NCBI GenBank assembly: GCA_963768855.1
Contig: CAVYJM010000006.1
Location: 1-64,000, forward strand
Direction of reading: 5' to 3'
DNA from: an uncultured Thermoplasmata archaeon
GTDB lineage: Archaea; Thermoplasmatota; Thermoplasmata; RBG-16-68-12
DNA: 64,000 nucleotides
In this document: in pieces, positions 61,993-64,000 of the stretch
Layout of the letters: each line of letters starts with the position of its first letter
Position numbering within the stretch: position 1 is the first letter of the stretch
Position numbers and translations under genes: made by a program
The notes under the pieces: model-generated
What the model was told of the DNA's origin: nothing
What the model saw: only the letters and a program-made list of their open reading frames with translations
Databases searched by the model: none

Positions 61993-63825
61993 TTAGGGGG
62001 TCTTCGTCTCGGGCTGCGCCGCGGGAGCGGCAGGGGCAGCGGGCTGCTCCGCCGGAGGCTGTTTTTCCAGCTCCGCGCGCGGGCCGGCCTCATCCGCCAG
62101 CCCGGCCTCGATCTTTTTCTTGATCTTCGCCGCGTCCTCGGGCTCCGGGTTCAAGCTCAGCGCCTGCGTCCATTGAAACTTTGCCTCAAGCTTCCGGCCG
62201 AGCCGCCAATAAACGTCGCCCAAGTGATCGTTCAAAGTCGGGTCCTCGGGGCGCAGCTCGACTGCCTTATCGAGATGCTTGACCGCCTGCTGGTAATCCT
62301 TCTGGAGATAGTAAGCCCAGCCCAGGCTATCGATGATGTAGCCATCGTTGGGCCTGAGCTTGACCGCCTTTTTGATGAGATCGAAAGCTTCCGGGATATT
62401 CATATTCTGATCGAGCCATGAATAGCCGAGATAGTTCAGTACGGCGCCCTGCTCCGGATCGAGTTCAATCGCCTTCTTGAAGTCGGGCTCCGCTTTCGGC
62501 CACTGCTTCGTGCGCTCCAAGGCAATCGCGCGCGAATAGAACAATTGCCAGTCCTTCTTCTCCGGAGTGCCGATAAGCTTTATCGCCCGGTCGTAGTATG
62601 GAATGGCGCCCTCGTAGTTCTTGCGCGTGCTCTCGATTGCGGCAGCCGTCTGCAAAAGTTGCAGATTTTCCTTTTGCTTTTCCAGCAGGGCTGCCAGCAG
62701 GGCGGACGCCTCGGGGGCCTTTTGCATCGAGTTTAGATAGAGCGCCTTACGCATTTGGGCATTGACCCAGAATGGCGACGGCTCCTGGATCTTGTCGAGG
62801 ACGGTAATCGCCTTTGCATAGTGCTCGACATTTCCATAAAGCTCGGCGAGCTCCAGCTTGGCAATGTCCGACTCGGGGTTCAGCAGGAGTGCCAGGCGAA
62901 AATAGACCTGTGCTGCGTCGACGCCGTTGTTGGCGGCGGCCACCTGTCCGATGCCGAGGAACGATTCCGCGAGCCCCTCTTCGGCATTCGAAACCATGAG
63001 CTTTGGCGTCTTGCCGGCCTTGAGCTCCTCCAGCAGCACCTTGCCCAGCGGCGTCTCTTGGGCTCCGGATTCCTGCAGGACAGCTAGCGCCTGCTCCCGG
63101 TCGCCCGACACGGCAAGATGCCGGGAAAACGCTTCGGCGATGCGTAAGTTCGGCGCCTTTTTGTCGTGGACGGACCGGTAGGCTTCCTCGCCCTGCGCCC
63201 AACTTTTGGCGACGTCCGCCATGAACGCCCGTTGAACCGTCTCAAAATGGACGGCCCAAGCAGTTTTGGGCGCAGCCTGCAGCGCGGCGATTGCCCGGTC
63301 CGCATGCCCAAGCGCAACGCCAGTCCACGCGCGCGACAGCCTTATCGTCGGATCTTCCGCCGTGGCGGCGTGTTGCGCGATTTTGAAGTGCTCGTCCGCC
63401 GTCTGGAAATCCTGGTGCTTGTAAGCATCGACGCCTAAAAAGATATGGGCGATGGAATTGTCCGGCTGCCGCCTGACCAAGCGCTGCGCCAGGCTTTTCG
63501 CTTCGGCGTAATTGCCGGACGCAAGCTCAAGCTGGAAAGCTTCGTCGAGAATGTCTTGGTTGCCGGGGTCCTTGGCGAGGGCGCGCCGGTAATAAAGCGC
63601 GGCGTTATCGCTGTCGCGTGTCGCTCGCGCCAGATGGCCCGCGAGGTAGCTGCCAAGCAGCGAGGTGCCGTCGAGGGTTTCGACTTGAGGAACTGGCCTG
63701 CTCTTGGCGCGGAGCGCTTGTGCCGTTGGCGCCGGTCCCGTCATAAGGAGAGCGAGTGCGATCAGGGGCACGGCCTTCTTCAGGGGGGAAAGACGGAAGG
63801 CTGGTGCTGTTACCATGTGGAGCAT
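61993..63825 (-). CDS. Exported tetratricopeptide-repeat protein upstream of ispE
   Basis: Signal peptide; TPR motifs such as VLNYLGYSWL, YIIDSLGW.YY, LNDHLGDVYW..GR..EA..QW. Confidence 0.9.
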   Translation of the reverse strand: MLHMVTAPAFRLSPLKKAVPLIALALLMTGPAPTAQALRAKSRPVPQVETLDGTSLLGSYLAGHLARATRDSDNAALYYRRALAKDPGNQDILDEAFQLELASGNYAEAKSLAQRLVRRQPDNSIAHIFLGVDAYKHQDFQTADEHFKIAQHAATAEDPTIRLSRAWTGVALGHADRAIAALQAAPKTAWAVHFETVQRAFMADVAKSWAQGEEAYRSVHDKKAPNLRIAEAFSRHLAVSGDREQALAVLQESGAQETPLGKVLLEELKAGKTPKLMVSNAEEGLAESFLGIGQVAAANNGVDAAQVYFRLALLLNPESDIAKLELAELYGNVEHYAKAITVLDKIQEPSPFWVNAQMRKALYLNSMQKAPEASALLAALLEKQKENLQLLQTAAAIESTRKNYEGAIPYYDRAIKLIGTPEKKDWQLFYSRAIALERTKQWPKAEPDFKKAIELDPEQGAVLNYLGYSWLDQNMNIPEAFDLIKKAVKLRPNDGYIIDSLGWAYYLQKDYQQAVKHLDKAVELRPEDPTLNDHLGDVYWRLGRKLEAKFQWTQALSLNPEPEDAAKIKKKIEAGLADEAGPRAELEKQPPAEQPAAPAAPAAQPETKTP

Positions 63826-64000
63826 TTAGGGGGTCTGCCCTTTCGAATCTTCAATATTTGCAGCGCCGCCGCATTTAAGCTGGCCGAATTTGGCGCATGA
63901 GATAGGCGATTGCCGCCAGAGTGTCAAAAGTGAATAGGACGCCCGGCGCCGCCTGAACCTCCGGCAACATATAACAGCTTTTCCGCGCGGCATACGCCAA

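Overview
GC-rich alphaproteobacterial chromosome segment, probably Hyphomicrobiales (inferred from gene order and the extended RpsB). Many single-base indels break even essential genes, which points to an unpolished long-read assembly. Layout: (1) 1-3.7 kb, a padR-doxX-multicopper oxidase-chrA metal-resistance operon whose chrA is cut by an IS630. (2) 4.4-19.6 kb, the conserved rpsB-tsf-pyrH-frr-uppS-cdsA-dxr-rseP-bamA-lpxD-fabZ-lpxA-lpxI-lpxB block, followed by an LpxO-like dioxygenase. (3) About 20-49 kb, a mosaic: an IS4/IS50-like element, mntR/mntH, tRNA-Val, a single-domain globin, a form II coxSLM-coxD-coxE cluster interrupted by an MNT-HEPN pair, an Aer-type PAS protein, a complete chemotaxis operon with two unusual soluble receptors, HIT, a second MNT-HEPN pair and metC. 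(4) 49-64 kb, gltA, glnE, a two-component system, degP, a YafK-type L,D-transpeptidase, pdeM, ispE and a TPR protein. The most unusual signal is non-coding. Ten copies of a dispersed double-hairpin repeat are present, and their hairpin apices repeatedly carry insertions: a ~60-bp two-hairpin cassette in four copies, a 22-bp hairpin in one, and the whole IS4 element in one. Candidate novel chemosensory proteins are a soluble MCP with a CheZ-like catalytic motif, a PAS protein with two degenerate receptor tips in one chain, and an Aer2-type heme-PAS plus BdlA-type PAS receptor. No CRISPR array, rRNA or phage genes were seen.
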